From positions 6,784,001-6,848,000 of the forward strand of contig OZ244207.1 in assembly GCA_965216875.1 (NCBI GenBank): a stretch of 64,000 nt of DNA, in the 5' to 3' direction. The notes below the pieces were generated by a model that ran no database searches, was not told the origin of the DNA, and saw nothing but the letters and a program-made list of their open reading frames with translations. Source of the DNA: Rubripirellula sp. (lineage in GTDB: Bacteria > Planctomycetota > Planctomycetia > Pirellulales > Pirellulaceae). Shown here in pieces: positions 21,013 to 31,167 of the stretch (its first letter is position 1; each line of letters opens with the position of its first letter). The translations under genes were made by a program, and so were the position numbers.

Positions 21013-21044
21013 AGCCGCCCCCTCTCTTGTGGGGGCGGCTTTTT
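21013..21044 (+). terminator. Rho-independent terminator
   Basis: AGCCGCCCCC-loop-GGGGGCGGCT followed by TTTT. Confidence 0.85.
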
Positions 21045-21388
21045 GTTTGGCAACCCTAGGTGTTTGGTTATCCGGGGAGAAATGTGCGGTTAGGAGTCTC
21101 GTTTACGCGACCTTTATTGTGGATCACCGGGTTTCATCCTTTAAGAAATCACGTTCGAACTACGATGGGGCTTTAGCGACAACCGCGGATTCCCCGCTTT
21201 TCTCTTTGGGAGACATTCTTGTCTCGACTCGGCTGACGATCTTTTGATTCGCGCGCTTGAGATGAGTTCAGCTTTCGATATTCCGAATCTTCAAGGCAAT
21301 CGTCTTGGAGTGGTCGTTCGTCGCGTGAGAATTGCGCGGCGATGAAGCGATCGTTCATTTAGATGTAATAAAAATTGGTCACCTTTCG

Positions 21389-22615
21389 ATGCGTCATCAA
21401 ACAACACACACTCCCCAGCGCGCTGGATTCACTTTGGTCGAACTGCTGGTGGTCATTGCGATCATCGGCGTCCTGGTCGGCTTGCTCTTGCCAGCCGTTC
21501 AAGCGGCCCGCGAAGCAGCGCGCCGCATGAGCTGCAGTAACAACTTCAAACAGATCGGTCTGGCACTGCACAACTACCACGCGGCCTACAAGCAATTGCC
21601 GCGGCATCAAGGCGGAACATGGTCGGATGGAAACGTACCAACCGACATGAATAACCGTCTTTCGTTGTCGTTCTTGGTGGGTGCAACACCGTTCATGGAA
21701 CAGCAGGCGTTGTGGGAGCAGATCTCGAACCCGAGCCAAGATCGTGTTGATGGTGGCATCCAATCGCCGCCTTACCCTGCGATGGGGCCGGCTCCGACGG
21801 TTGCCCAGTACGTTCCATGGCAAACGGAGATCCCAACGCTGCGTTGTCCGAGTGACCCGGGGCGAGGGACACCTGCTGCTGGTCGAACCAACTATGCGGC
21901 ATGTCTCGGCGATTCGATCGACTTTATGGACAGCGGTCCTGTCCAAATCGACAACGGCATCCTCATCAACCCTCCTCAGGCTTGGGTTCCCAACCGAGCG
22001 CGTGCTGCGTGTCGCGGGGTGTTTGTGGCGCGCAAGGACACCAAGTTCCGCGACATCCTTGATGGCCTGTCCAACACCATCATGTGTGCTGAAATCACCA
22101 CCGACTTGGGTGACCGTGACGTGCGTACGATTCCGTCGCTCAGCAACGGTCACGACGAAGTGCGCGACGAACCCGATCACTGTGAGCACGAGCAACAAAT
22201 CAGTCGTGATCGCCCGCGGTTCTGGTCCGATGGATCCGATGGCGGGAATGTTCCGACCTTGGCGGGTTCAGCGGAAGGGCGAGGCTATCGCTGGGCGGAT
22301 GCCGGAACGGTTTGGACCGACATGAACACGATCCTGCCACCTAACGGCCACCTCTGTTTCGGAGGCGACAACGTGGACACCCCTGGCATCGCGCCCGCCA
22401 GTAGCCGTCACCAAGGTGGCGTTCACGTGCTGATGGCCGACGGCGCGGTGATCTTCATGACCGACTCGATCGAGGCGGGTGACATCCACCACGGAAACGT
22501 TTGGCTGAGCGGCGTCGACGAATCGGTGCCCGGTTCGCCAAGCCCGTATGGCTTGTGGGGTGCCTTGGGCACTCGTGCCGGCAGGGAAGTCATCGAAGAA
22601 GAGTTGAACCAGTAA
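21389..22615 (+). CDS. DUF1559 prepilin-type protein (paralog of 19734-20960)
   Basis: Same N-terminal motif and [14 protein letters not shown]; colinear with the upstream paralog. Confidence 0.95.
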   Translation: MRHQTTHTPQRAGFTLVELLVVIAIIGVLVGLLLPAVQAAREAARRMSCSNNFKQIGLALHNYHAAYKQLPRHQGGTWSDGNVPTDMNNRLSLSFLVGATPFMEQQALWEQISNPSQDRVDGGIQSPPYPAMGPAPTVAQYVPWQTEIPTLRCPSDPGRGTPAAGRTNYAACLGDSIDFMDSGPVQIDNGILINPPQAWVPNRARAACRGVFVARKDTKFRDILDGLSNTIMCAEITTDLGDRDVRTIPSLSNGHDEVRDEPDHCEHEQQISRDRPRFWSDGSDGGNVPTLAGSAEGRGYRWADAGTVWTDMNTILPPNGHLCFGGDNVDTPGIAPASSRHQGGVHVLMADGAVIFMTDSIEAGDIHHGNVWLSGVDESVPGSPSPYGLWGALGTRAGREVIEEELNQ

Positions 22616-22670
22616 CGGCGATTGCAATTGCGCTTCCACCAGAAGGAATTCTTGCCCAAGTTCACATAAC

Positions 22671-22762
22671 GGAGCCGCGATCACGTAAGCGGCCGGGCCT
22701 TAATCGCCTTCACAGCAGCTGCGCGGCGGCAAGGGCCCGAGGCCTGACGGCCAGCGGCTCAC
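22671..22762. repeat. family R4-like inverted pair
   Basis: GGAGCCGCGATCACGTAAGCGGCCGGGCC ... GGCCCGAGGCCTGACGGCCAGCGGCTCAC. The first arm resembles 44607 and 46432. Confidence 0.65.
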
Positions 22763-22828
22763 GGGCACTGCCCAAGAAGTTGCTCTGGTGGCACCAAGAT
22801 TGCAATCCCCAGCACTCGTCTGCGGGAT

Positions 22829-23380
22829 CTAGCCGGGACCCCTGGCAACGCGGATTCCGCACCGCTGTTCGATGATGTCCATGTGATGGTGCAAATGGCC
22901 CGCCGCGATCCAAGCGGTCGCTCGCACCGATACCGAAGTGCCATCCGCCTCGCCGCGGCGATCCCAGGCTGCGGGGATGATTCGGCGTAGCAAGGCTGTG
23001 TTGGCTTTCCGTAGATCGGCAAGTTCGGCGACCAGATGAGAGAGGTTACCAAGTCCGAATCGGCTGTCGGCGTAATCGTTTTCGCGCCACCCCGGCAAGG
23101 GCGTGGTGTCACCGGCCGCAAACCGTAGCATTCGGTAACCGAAAACTCGCTCGGCATCCGCACAATGTTCGAACACCTGACGTATGGTCCATTGGTAAGG
23201 CGCGTGAATCTTGTCTGTTTGCTCGGTGCTAATCGAACCTGCGAGTTCGCAAAGCCAGTGGAGCTGGTTGTCCATCGCGGACAATACACAGTCGCCATCC
23301 ACTTTGCCGATCAACATCGAGTGGTAGTCGGACGTGAATTCCGATGATTGCGGGCGGCGACTTACAAAAGAATTCATCAT
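22829..23380 (-). CDS. DinB-family protein
   Basis: WTIRQVFEHCADAERVFGYR and IAAGHLHHH His triad. Confidence 0.88.
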   Translation of the reverse strand: MMNSFVSRRPQSSEFTSDYHSMLIGKVDGDCVLSAMDNQLHWLCELAGSISTEQTDKIHAPYQWTIRQVFEHCADAERVFGYRMLRFAAGDTTPLPGWRENDYADSRFGLGNLSHLVAELADLRKANTALLRRIIPAAWDRRGEADGTSVSVRATAWIAAGHLHHHMDIIEQRCGIRVARGPG

Positions 23381-23519
23381 TCGGTTCGGTCTGCTGAGAT
23401 TGTCTCTTATCGTCAATCCGCACGCGTTTGGCTGCGGGCAACGTGGGTGATTGTCATCATGAAAGTGTACTGTAACACTCTACCCGAATTGCGGAATTGA
23501 CAGTGGTCATATAGGTGGG

Positions 23520-24113
23520 GTGCAAGTGGAACGATTCATTATCCTAGGCGGTGCAGCGATGGTGGCGATAGGTGTCGCCATGATGTTGCTGACGCATCGC
23601 AAGCTACGGGTGCTTGATCGCAAGGCGCGCGATGGTTGGGAGTCGATACATGGCCTGTTGAGTGAGCGTCAACTGGTTGCCTCGGCTCTGCTGGATTCGT
23701 TGAATCATGTTCACGGTGAATCGATGCTCTCGGAGCGTTTGGGCGATGCGATCAAGCAGGCGTCCCATTGTCTGCAAGGCGTGTCGGAAACGAACTTGCC
23801 TCACGAAGTCGACGAAGTCTGCGATTCTCAACGAGACCTGTGTGCAGCAATCGACTCGGCCGTTGGCAAACTTTCACAGCCTGGTGTTGCAAGTCAACAC
23901 GATTCGATCGGCGGGTGCTTGAAGGGGATCGAGAGCATCGAGGAGCGGATTCAAATTGCACGCGTGGGCTTCAACGACGCAGCAACCACGTATGTCGTGT
24001 TTGCCAACAGCACGTTTGCGTCGCTGGTGGCCAAGCTGTCGAATGGTCGTACCCAGTTGCACCTACTCGACTGGGATCCAGCTCCCAGCAGCATCCGTAG
24101 CCCAATCACGTAG
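23520..24113 (+). CDS. LemA-like membrane-anchored protein
   Basis: N-terminal TM; W..I...L..R motif; IESIEERIQIARVGFNDAATTY matches the LemA C-terminal pattern. Confidence 0.6.
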   Translation: MQVERFIILGGAAMVAIGVAMMLLTHRKLRVLDRKARDGWESIHGLLSERQLVASALLDSLNHVHGESMLSERLGDAIKQASHCLQGVSETNLPHEVDEVCDSQRDLCAAIDSAVGKLSQPGVASQHDSIGGCLKGIESIEERIQIARVGFNDAATTYVVFANSTFASLVAKLSNGRTQLHLLDWDPAPSSIRSPIT

Positions 24114-24139
24114 GTGTTTCACCAAGTTCACACAAGTTA

Positions 24140-24166
24140 CGTAGGGTGTGTGCTTGCACGCACCAA
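24140..24166 (+). repeat. GTAG-type REP, family R6
   Basis: CGTAGGGTGTGTGCTTGCACGCACCAA. Exact reverse complement at 55370-55396, variant at 55283-55308. Confidence 0.8.
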
Positions 24167-24228
24167 GATTGGTTCTCGCGGTGAATGAGCGAAAAACTGG
24201 CGGATAGCGTCTTGCTGCTCACTCGTTG

Positions 24229-24954
24229 CTACAGCGTTGCGAGCATCTTTCCTGTGGTGATGACCGCACCCTGATCGATGGTGTGTTCGCCGTAAAAGGA
24301 ATGGAAGTCAACATCGACGCCACCGCTGGTCATCAGGTCTCGCAGCGTTTCAGCGCTACTGTGTGGCAGGATTGGGTCGATTTGGCCGTGCGATTGAAAG
24401 ACTTTGGTGTCTGCAAGTCGGCTTAGGTTTTCCGCCCAGACGTTCTGGCACACCGTGGTACCCGAGAATTGAAACAGCAACGTAGGCGGATCGATGTTGC
24501 CGCGAAGCGATGTGTTCATCGTCAGCATGGCACCCTGAGAAAACCCACCGAGGACAATCGCGGTGGGCGCTCCATCGAGGCCGGCAATCATTTGTTCGAT
24601 GGCGTGCCCGAGTTGTTCCGTTGCTGCTTGGATTCCAGGTGGTTCTTTGTCATGAAGTTCATCGAACCGGTTGCCTTCAACATGGTCGAGTAGCTGAGCC
24701 ATGTTGATCGGCCACCAGGCGTGACCATCAGGCATTCCCAATTCGGCAAGCGTTTGCGGGGCTTCGGGAAAAAGAAACCGAAACTTTGCAAACGAGTCAC
24801 CGAGTATCGAGTGCCACTCGCCGACAAGGCCGACCAGGTCGCGGCCTGAGGCACCGTAACCATGGCACAAGATGACGAGGATGGAAGGGTTGTCGCTTCC
24901 ATCGACTTGGTAGCAGTCAATGGATCCGTAACGCACGAGTCGTGCTTGAATCAT
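24229..24954 (-). CDS. phospholipase/carboxylesterase (alpha/beta hydrolase)
   Basis: CHGYGA, GGFSQGA nucleophile elbow, SHGQIDPIL, GEHTI. Start set at ATG 24954. Confidence 0.9.
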   Translation of the reverse strand: MIQARLVRYGSIDCYQVDGSDNPSILVILCHGYGASGRDLVGLVGEWHSILGDSFAKFRFLFPEAPQTLAELGMPDGHAWWPINMAQLLDHVEGNRFDELHDKEPPGIQAATEQLGHAIEQMIAGLDGAPTAIVLGGFSQGAMLTMNTSLRGNIDPPTLLFQFSGTTVCQNVWAENLSRLADTKVFQSHGQIDPILPHSSAETLRDLMTSGGVDVDFHSFYGEHTIDQGAVITTGKMLATL

Positions 24955-25078
24955 GTTGGGAAGGTCCGTTGCGCGTCGCGGAAGCGGCGTTTGAGGCGGG
25001 GTTGCGATATCGGCCGAACGGGTTCGGCCGATTCCAAGAATTCGAACGCAAGCACACCACCGGTGGGGACAACGAAGT

Positions 25079-27040
25079 CTATTGGCCCGAGGTTGGCATG
25101 CCGAGCTGACGCATCTTTCGATAAAGATTCGATCGATGCAACCCGAGGCGTCCGGCGGCATCGGTCATGTTGCCACCACAGGCTGCGATCGCCGAGTCGA
25201 TGTGCTCGACTTGGAAACGCCGTGTTGCTTCGCTGAGCGTTGATGCTTCGGAAGCGTTGGCGACACGGCTGGCCGGCGATCCGCTTAGCATCAAGTCGTC
25301 GACGGCGATTTCATCTTCCGTGCAAAGGTAACAAACTCGTTCGATTGTGTTACGCAACTCACGGATGTTACCGGGCCAATCGTGAGCCATCATGGCGTGT
25401 TTTGCCGGTTCGCTAAAGGTCGGGATTTGGCGCCCGATCTGGTAGCAGAACTGTTCAAGGAAGTGATTGGCCAATCGCAAAACGTCTTCGCCCCGTTGGC
25501 AGAGAGGCGGAAGGGTCAGCGAGACCACGTTGAGTCGGAAGAACAGGTCTTGTCGGAATCGTCGCTGCTCGATCAGCTCTTCAAGCGGCTGGTTGGTCGC
25601 CGCGATGACGCGTACGTCGACTGGAATGGTTTGCGACCCGCCGACGCGGACGACAACTTTCTCTTCCAAGACTCTCAGCAATTTGGCTTGTCCGTTGGGG
25701 CTCATGTCGCCAACTTCGTCAAGGAACAGCGTGCCACCGGTGGCAAGTTCGAACTTGCCAACTCGAGTCTGGTTTGCGTCGGTGAAAGCACCTTTTTCGT
25801 GCCCGAACAATTCGCTCTCGAGAAGGGTTTCAACGAGAGCAGCGCAGTTGACGGCGATGAACGGTCCGTTGCGTCGCTCGCTTTCGTAGTGGATGTGCCG
25901 CGCGAGCACTTCTTTGCCCGTTCCGTTCTTGCCGAGCACCAAGACCGTCAAGTCGGTGCCGGCGACCTTTGCCGCACTTTGGCGAACCGCTTCGACTGCT
26001 GGATGGTTACCGACCAATTGGGTTGCCGACGCTGCATCCTCGACAAGTCGATCGCGAGATTCCGTGAGCGTACGACGCTTACGTAGTGATTCAATGGCGA
26101 CGGCGGCATGCGAAGCAAGGTCCGTTATGACAGCGACGTCAAAGGCATCAAAGCCGTCGCCGTTATGGTTGATCGCCTCAAACACACCAATCAACTCATC
26201 GCGTCGGCCGCCCATCGGCACCGCGGCGAGAGAGCGCGTTTGGAAATCGAGCTTCTCGTCGACCTTTCGGTTCACTCGGCTTTCGTCATCGCTATCACTG
26301 TTCCAGATTTTAGGTTCGCCGCTAGCGAGCACTTCACCAACGACGCCCGCGTTGTCGTCGACTTCAAGTCGGTTACCTTCGATGCCAAGTGCGGGACGCC
26401 CGATCAGCTTTTTGCGGCGACGATCCCACAAAAAGATGCTGGCGCGTTCGCAGTTGACAAGTTGCGTTGCCGTATCGGCAATCGCACGCAGTAGCGAGTC
26501 GTCATCGTCAAGTCGTTGCCACTGCGAAGCGGCATTCAAAACGGCTGACAATTGATCGAGACGTCGGCGCTGTTGATCGGTTGAATCAATGCGTTGCAGT
26601 GCGGCGGCGAGAACGGTGGCGGCCTCTTCGGCAAACGCAGAACGTTTGTCTTGAGGACCGACGTTGGGCAAATGCAGTGCCAGCGCGCATACCTGCGGAG
26701 GCGCGGACATCGGGTCGTTTGCACCGGCAGGCAAAGCGAGTGGAACGATGCACCAGTCGTTTGCAGTGCAAAGCGCGCCGCGGTCGACCGCCTCACTCAC
26801 GAGAGCTTCTGGCGGCGACAGGGGCTGGCCAACCCAAGCGTCTCGTTGCCAGCGACCGGCGTCTTGAGAAACAAGCCCGCCAAGGTCCCCACCGACCATG
26901 CCGAGCACGTCTGGAAGGACCGAATTCAAAAAGGCGTCACGCGACTGGTCAACTTGGAACGCTTTGACTAATTCAAAAGCGAGTCGAACTTCGGTCGGGT
27001 CTTCGAAGGTTTCGTGTGGATCAATCAATGTATCACTCAC
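25079..27040 (-). CDS. sigma54-dependent transcriptional activator with GAF domain (Fis-type HTH)
   Basis: GKNGTGKE, ESELFGHEKGAFTDA, LFLDEVGD, DVRVIAATN, WPGNIREL, AAGRLGLHRSNLYRKM. GTG start inferred. Confidence 0.92.
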   Translation of the reverse strand: MSDTLIDPHETFEDPTEVRLAFELVKAFQVDQSRDAFLNSVLPDVLGMVGGDLGGLVSQDAGRWQRDAWVGQPLSPPEALVSEAVDRGALCTANDWCIVPLALPAGANDPMSAPPQVCALALHLPNVGPQDKRSAFAEEAATVLAAALQRIDSTDQQRRRLDQLSAVLNAASQWQRLDDDDSLLRAIADTATQLVNCERASIFLWDRRRKKLIGRPALGIEGNRLEVDDNAGVVGEVLASGEPKIWNSDSDDESRVNRKVDEKLDFQTRSLAAVPMGGRRDELIGVFEAINHNGDGFDAFDVAVITDLASHAAVAIESLRKRRTLTESRDRLVEDAASATQLVGNHPAVEAVRQSAAKVAGTDLTVLVLGKNGTGKEVLARHIHYESERRNGPFIAVNCAALVETLLESELFGHEKGAFTDANQTRVGKFELATGGTLFLDEVGDMSPNGQAKLLRVLEEKVVVRVGGSQTIPVDVRVIAATNQPLEELIEQRRFRQDLFFRLNVVSLTLPPLCQRGEDVLRLANHFLEQFCYQIGRQIPTFSEPAKHAMMAHDWPGNIRELRNTIERVCYLCTEDEIAVDDLMLSGSPASRVANASEASTLSEATRRFQVEHIDSAIAACGGNMTDAAGRLGLHRSNLYRKMRQLGMPTSGQ

Positions 27041-27392
27041 GTTATCTGCTCGCTCTGATAAATGGGCACAACTCGGACTGCTCCACCCGCCCGGCCGTTG
27101 GCTCGTTGTTTGACCAATGGCCGCATGCTGACCCGAGCCCAAAAAAAGGAGCTGCGAGTCGGCTTGGCAGAAGGAGTCTCATTTGGCCGTCGCGGATCCC
27201 ACCGTCATGGTGAGCCGCAGCACGGCATACTGACGAGACGCGCCTGAGACCATTATCAATCAATGCCTCGGGTTTTTCAGGCAAATGCCCGATCATTTTC
27301 AGGCAAATGGACGAAGTCACGCGCGCCGCGTTATGTTGTTTGTTCCACGACCGATGCGGCCGGGTAATCCATCCAAGAGGGAACGTTTCGAG

Positions 27393-28205
27393 ATGCAATT
27401 CAAGGGTAAAAAAGGGCTAATCATTGGCGTGGCCAACGACCATTCGATCGCCTGGGCCATCGCCAAATCCATCATGGATCAGGGTGGTGAATGTGGATTC
27501 ACACACTTGCCTGATCGCGAGGATGACGAGCGGAAACGTAATCGGCGGCGTGTTTCACAACTGACCGACAAATGCGAGAACGCTAAATTCCTCGTGCCTA
27601 TGAACGCGCAGAAGGACGGCGACATCCGCAGTGTTTTTGAACACACTGCCGAAACGTTCGGGAAAATCGATTTTCTGCTGCATTCCATCGCGTTTGCCGA
27701 CACCAAAGATCTCGCCGGCGACACGGTCGATACGAGCCGAGAGGGTTTTAAATTGGCGATGGATGTCAGCGTCTATTCGCTGATCGCCTGTGCCGCTGCC
27801 GCCAAAGACATCATGAATCCGGGCGGGGCGATCGCAACGATGTCCTATTTTGGTGGCGAGAAGTGTGTGCCTGGTTACAACGTGATGGGGATTTGCAAGG
27901 CGGCGCTTGAAGCCTCGGTACGATACTTGGCCTACGACATGGGACCCGCGGGAGTTCGCGTCAACGCCCTTTCGGCTGGACCGATTCGTTCACTCGCCGG
28001 TCGCGCTGCGGGCGTCGAAGACATGCTCAAGCTCTACCAACACATGGCCCCGCTTGGAAGAAACATCAGCCAAGAGGAAGTTGGCAAGACCGGCGCCTTT
28101 CTTCTGAGCGATGCGAGCGATGGGATCACGGGCGAAGTGCTACACGTCGATGGTGGCTACAACGCGATGGGAAGTCCCGGTCGCTTGCTCGAACAGATGA
28201 ACTAG
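27393..28205 (+). CDS. fabI: enoyl-ACP reductase
   Basis: GVANDHSIAWAIA, LHSIAFA, YNVMGICKAALE, RVNALSAGPI, ITGEVLHVDGG. Confidence 0.95.
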   Translation: MQFKGKKGLIIGVANDHSIAWAIAKSIMDQGGECGFTHLPDREDDERKRNRRRVSQLTDKCENAKFLVPMNAQKDGDIRSVFEHTAETFGKIDFLLHSIAFADTKDLAGDTVDTSREGFKLAMDVSVYSLIACAAAAKDIMNPGGAIATMSYFGGEKCVPGYNVMGICKAALEASVRYLAYDMGPAGVRVNALSAGPIRSLAGRAAGVEDMLKLYQHMAPLGRNISQEEVGKTGAFLLSDASDGITGEVLHVDGGYNAMGSPGRLLEQMN

Positions 28206-28210
28206 AACGT

Positions 28211-28358
28211 CGTAGTGGACGAGGCGACGAGTCCTTGGGGTAATGAGTGCCTTGGTGGATGTCTGCAAGAGTGGGTGTCGGCGAGAAGAGAATGAGGACT
28301 CGTGGCCTCGTCCACTACCGAGAGTGAAAGATGGGGACTCGTGGCCTCGTCCACTACG
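28211..28358. repeat. GTAG-type REP triplet, family R5
   Basis: CGTAGTGGACGAGGCGACGAGTCC at 28211-28234 and two identical inverted copies GGACTCGTGGCCTCGTCCACTAC at 28296-28318 and 28335-28357. Confidence 0.88.
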
Positions 28359-28393
28359 AAGAGATAACGCTTAAGAAATAGGAATGATTCGAT

Positions 28394-28987
28394 ATGGTTC
28401 GTACTGCTAGCACAATGTTGCCGCTTGGCACGGCAGCTCCCGACTTTACTTTGCCCGATACCGATGGAAACCAAGTGAGTCTTGGCGACTACGCGGGCAG
28501 CAAAGCATTGTTGGTCATTTTCATGTGCAACCACTGCCCCTACGTCAAGCACGTGGCTGATCAGCTTAAGTCGCTTACCGACGACTACATCAAACAAGGT
28601 GTGGCGGTGGTCGCGATCAGCAGCAACGATGCGGACAAGTATCCCGACGATTCACCTGCAGCGATGAAGCAGGAAAAAGCGGATCGTGGGTACGACTTTG
28701 CGTACCTCTATGACGGTGACCAAAGCGTCGCACAGGCTTACGCGGCTGCTTGCACTCCTGACTTTTTCCTGTTCGATGGCGAGCAAAAGTTGGCGTATCG
28801 CGGGCAGCTCGATTCGAGCCGACCCAAGAACGATGTTCCCGTGACCGGCGAAGATCTGCGCGCGGCGCTCGATGCAGTGGTTGCCGGTGAGAAGCCAAGC
28901 GACCAGCAAGTCCCTTCGCTCGGATGCAACATCAAGTGGAAAGAAGGCAACGAACCTCAGTACTTCAATCCGCAAGGCACGGCGTGA
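28394..28987 (+). CDS. thioredoxin-like/AhpC-TSA family redox protein
   Basis: APDFTLPD, FMCNHCPYV (CxxC), AACTPDFF, YRGQLD, SLGCNIKW. Confidence 0.9.
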   Translation: MVRTASTMLPLGTAAPDFTLPDTDGNQVSLGDYAGSKALLVIFMCNHCPYVKHVADQLKSLTDDYIKQGVAVVAISSNDADKYPDDSPAAMKQEKADRGYDFAYLYDGDQSVAQAYAAACTPDFFLFDGEQKLAYRGQLDSSRPKNDVPVTGEDLRAALDAVVAGEKPSDQQVPSLGCNIKWKEGNEPQYFNPQGTA

Positions 28988-29973
28988 TTGATTCGCAAGG
29001 CGACGGCAATGACAACGCGGCCGATGACGCTGGCGCCGACTCGAAAGGTGTTCCCTACCTTCAAGAGTTAACGTTGCGATTGGCCGTCGGTGCGTCGCTG
29101 ATCGATGAACCGGTTCGGCAAAAGCACGCGAGTTGGCTGGCCGCCCAGCAGCGCGAGGATGGCGGATTCGCCGGCCGCGAAGGCGAAAGCGATCCCTACT
29201 ACACCGCGTTCGCTTTGCGCGCACTTTGGATCTTGGGGGCTTTGGATGAATCGATTGGAGGTCGAGCTGCTGCTTTTCTGAAAACGCGGATGGCGGGACG
29301 CGAGTCGATCATCGACCTGATTTCGTTGATCTTTGCCGCGGCCATTTGCGAGATGGCAACGGGGCACGTCGTGATCGAGGATGATGACGTTGCCTGGCGT
29401 GACAACGTGGCGAAGTTGACTCAGTCGCTAAGAACCGATGACGGTGGGTTTGCAAAATCGCCTGAAGGTCGCGCCGGCAGCACCTATCAAACGTTCCTTA
29501 CAGTGCTCTGCCACGAGCTGATCGAAGTGCCCGTTCCCGACTCTGACAAGATGATCGGTTTTTTGGAGCGGCAAGCACATGCCGAAGGCGGTTACCTCGA
29601 GATTCGTGCGGCCAAGCGTGCCGGGGTCAATCCAACCGCAGCGGCGATCGGCACACTCAAGACGCTCGGTAAGCTCGATCCGACCCAGCATCAAGCGACC
29701 GCCGAGTTTTTGGCCGACATGCAATCGGACGAAGGTGGCTTGGCGGCGAACACGAGAATTCCTTTTGCCGATCTGCTAAGCACCTTTACGGGGTTATTGA
29801 CGTTGGTTGACTTGAATGCGATCGATCGCGTGGATGTCGCGCGAGCCAAACAGTACGCCGAATCGATGCAAGCGGCTGGCGGCGGGTTCACTGGCTTCGC
29901 ACTCGACGAAACCGCGGATGTTGAATACTCGTTTTATGGCGTGGCGACGCTTGCGCTTTGCAATTTGGTCTAG
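28984..29973 (+). CDS. prenyltransferase/squalene-oxidase repeat protein (GGTase-beta-like barrel)
   Basis: Five Q..DGGF-type repeats (QREDGGF, TDDGGF, AEGGY, DEGGL, GGGF), each followed by a D..YT/ST-like helix start. GTG start overlaps the upstream stop. Confidence 0.8.
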   Translation: MIDSQGDGNDNAADDAGADSKGVPYLQELTLRLAVGASLIDEPVRQKHASWLAAQQREDGGFAGREGESDPYYTAFALRALWILGALDESIGGRAAAFLKTRMAGRESIIDLISLIFAAAICEMATGHVVIEDDDVAWRDNVAKLTQSLRTDDGGFAKSPEGRAGSTYQTFLTVLCHELIEVPVPDSDKMIGFLERQAHAEGGYLEIRAAKRAGVNPTAAAIGTLKTLGKLDPTQHQATAEFLADMQSDEGGLAANTRIPFADLLSTFTGLLTLVDLNAIDRVDVARAKQYAESMQAAGGGFTGFALDETADVEYSFYGVATLALCNLV

Positions 29974-30018
29974 AGAAAGAGAGAACGGCACGAGGCGAAC
30001 GTCTCGCGCTCATGAATC

Positions 30019-30702
30019 ATGTCTGACGCTGTCACCGAGTTGAATGTCGTTGAGGTCACCAAGTCGTTTCCAACGGCAGGCGACCCACTGGAAGTGTTGA
30101 CGGGCGTCTCGCTGTCGCTTCGCGGTGGCGATTCGGTGGCGATCGTTGGTCCGAGCGGCAGCGGCAAGAGTACGCTGATGCAAATCTTGGGGACGCTTGA
30201 TCGTCCCGATGGCGGAAGCGTCACCATCGACGGGGCCGATCCGTTTGCACTTGGTGAAAACGAGCTTGCCCAGTTTCGAAACGAACACGTCGGCTTCATT
30301 TTCCAAGATCACCACCTGTTGCCTCAACTGACGGTGGTCGAAAACGTCCTGGTTCCGACCTTGGCCTTTGGCAGCCCGAGCGACGAGGATCTGGGGCATG
30401 CCGACGAACTTTTGGCCTCGGTCGGGCTCGCCGACCGCAAGGGACATTTGCCCAGCGAGCTTTCTGGCGGTGAGCGGGAACGGGTGGCAATTGCTCGCGC
30501 CCTGTTGATGAAACCGTCGCTGATCTTGGCCGACGAGCCGACGGGCAACTTGGACCGCCGCACCGCCGATGCGGTGACCGAATTACTGCTCGATCTCCAG
30601 CAGCGGTCGGGAGCCATTCTGATTAGCGTCACGCACAGCGAGGTGATGGCCGGGGCGATGGGCAGCCAGAGACGATTGCTTGACGGGAAATTGGTCGAGT
30701 AA
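30019..30702 (+). CDS. ABC transporter ATP-binding protein (LolD/MacB-like)
   Basis: GPSGSGKST, GFIFQDHHLL, LSGGERERVAIARAL, ILADEPTGNLD. Confidence 0.92.
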   Translation: MSDAVTELNVVEVTKSFPTAGDPLEVLTGVSLSLRGGDSVAIVGPSGSGKSTLMQILGTLDRPDGGSVTIDGADPFALGENELAQFRNEHVGFIFQDHHLLPQLTVVENVLVPTLAFGSPSDEDLGHADELLASVGLADRKGHLPSELSGGERERVAIARALLMKPSLILADEPTGNLDRRTADAVTELLLDLQQRSGAILISVTHSEVMAGAMGSQRRLLDGKLVE

Positions 30703-30744
30703 CGCCGCGGATTGGAGTGGCGTTGCCGCGAGGTGACGTGCCAA

Positions 30745-30855
30745 CAATCACCCTCCCGCTCGCGGGAGGGTCGGACGCAAAGTCTGGGGAGGGAATGATC
30801 CCTCGATAGACAAACCCTCTCTGGGCCTTAGAGCCCGACTTTTCTAAGGGAGAGT
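30745..30855 (+). repeat. ~110-bp palindromic intergenic element, copy C
   Basis: CAATCACCCTCCCGCTCGCGGGAGGG...GGGCCTTAGAGCCCGACT...GGGAGAGT. Confidence 0.9.
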
Positions 30856-31167
30856 CTTCAAACTCGCTGTCTCGAAGCCCAGTGCAAAATGGTTGGGGGG
30901 AACTTGCGCAGAAGCTCTTGCCAAAACGACCCAAAAAGACGACACTTTCCCGCTTCCCCGAATCCGTAGCGTGACCACTGGGCCTTGAACGTCGAGGCCT
31001 TGCTTTGTTTTGGGATGTGAGCACCTTGCGTGCCCCCCGGACGATGGATCACGCCCCGGCGATGCCAACGAAATGGCTATAGAAGCCAATCTTGATGCCA
31101 ACTAGATGGCAAATCGCCACATTTCCAAGCTATTTGCGCTTCAACCAAGCGCCGAAAGGTACTGCAC

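Noticed and set aside
28211..28358. CRISPR-like 23-bp repeats
   Set aside because: One copy is inverted, spacing is irregular and the ends are GTAG; these are REP-type repeats.
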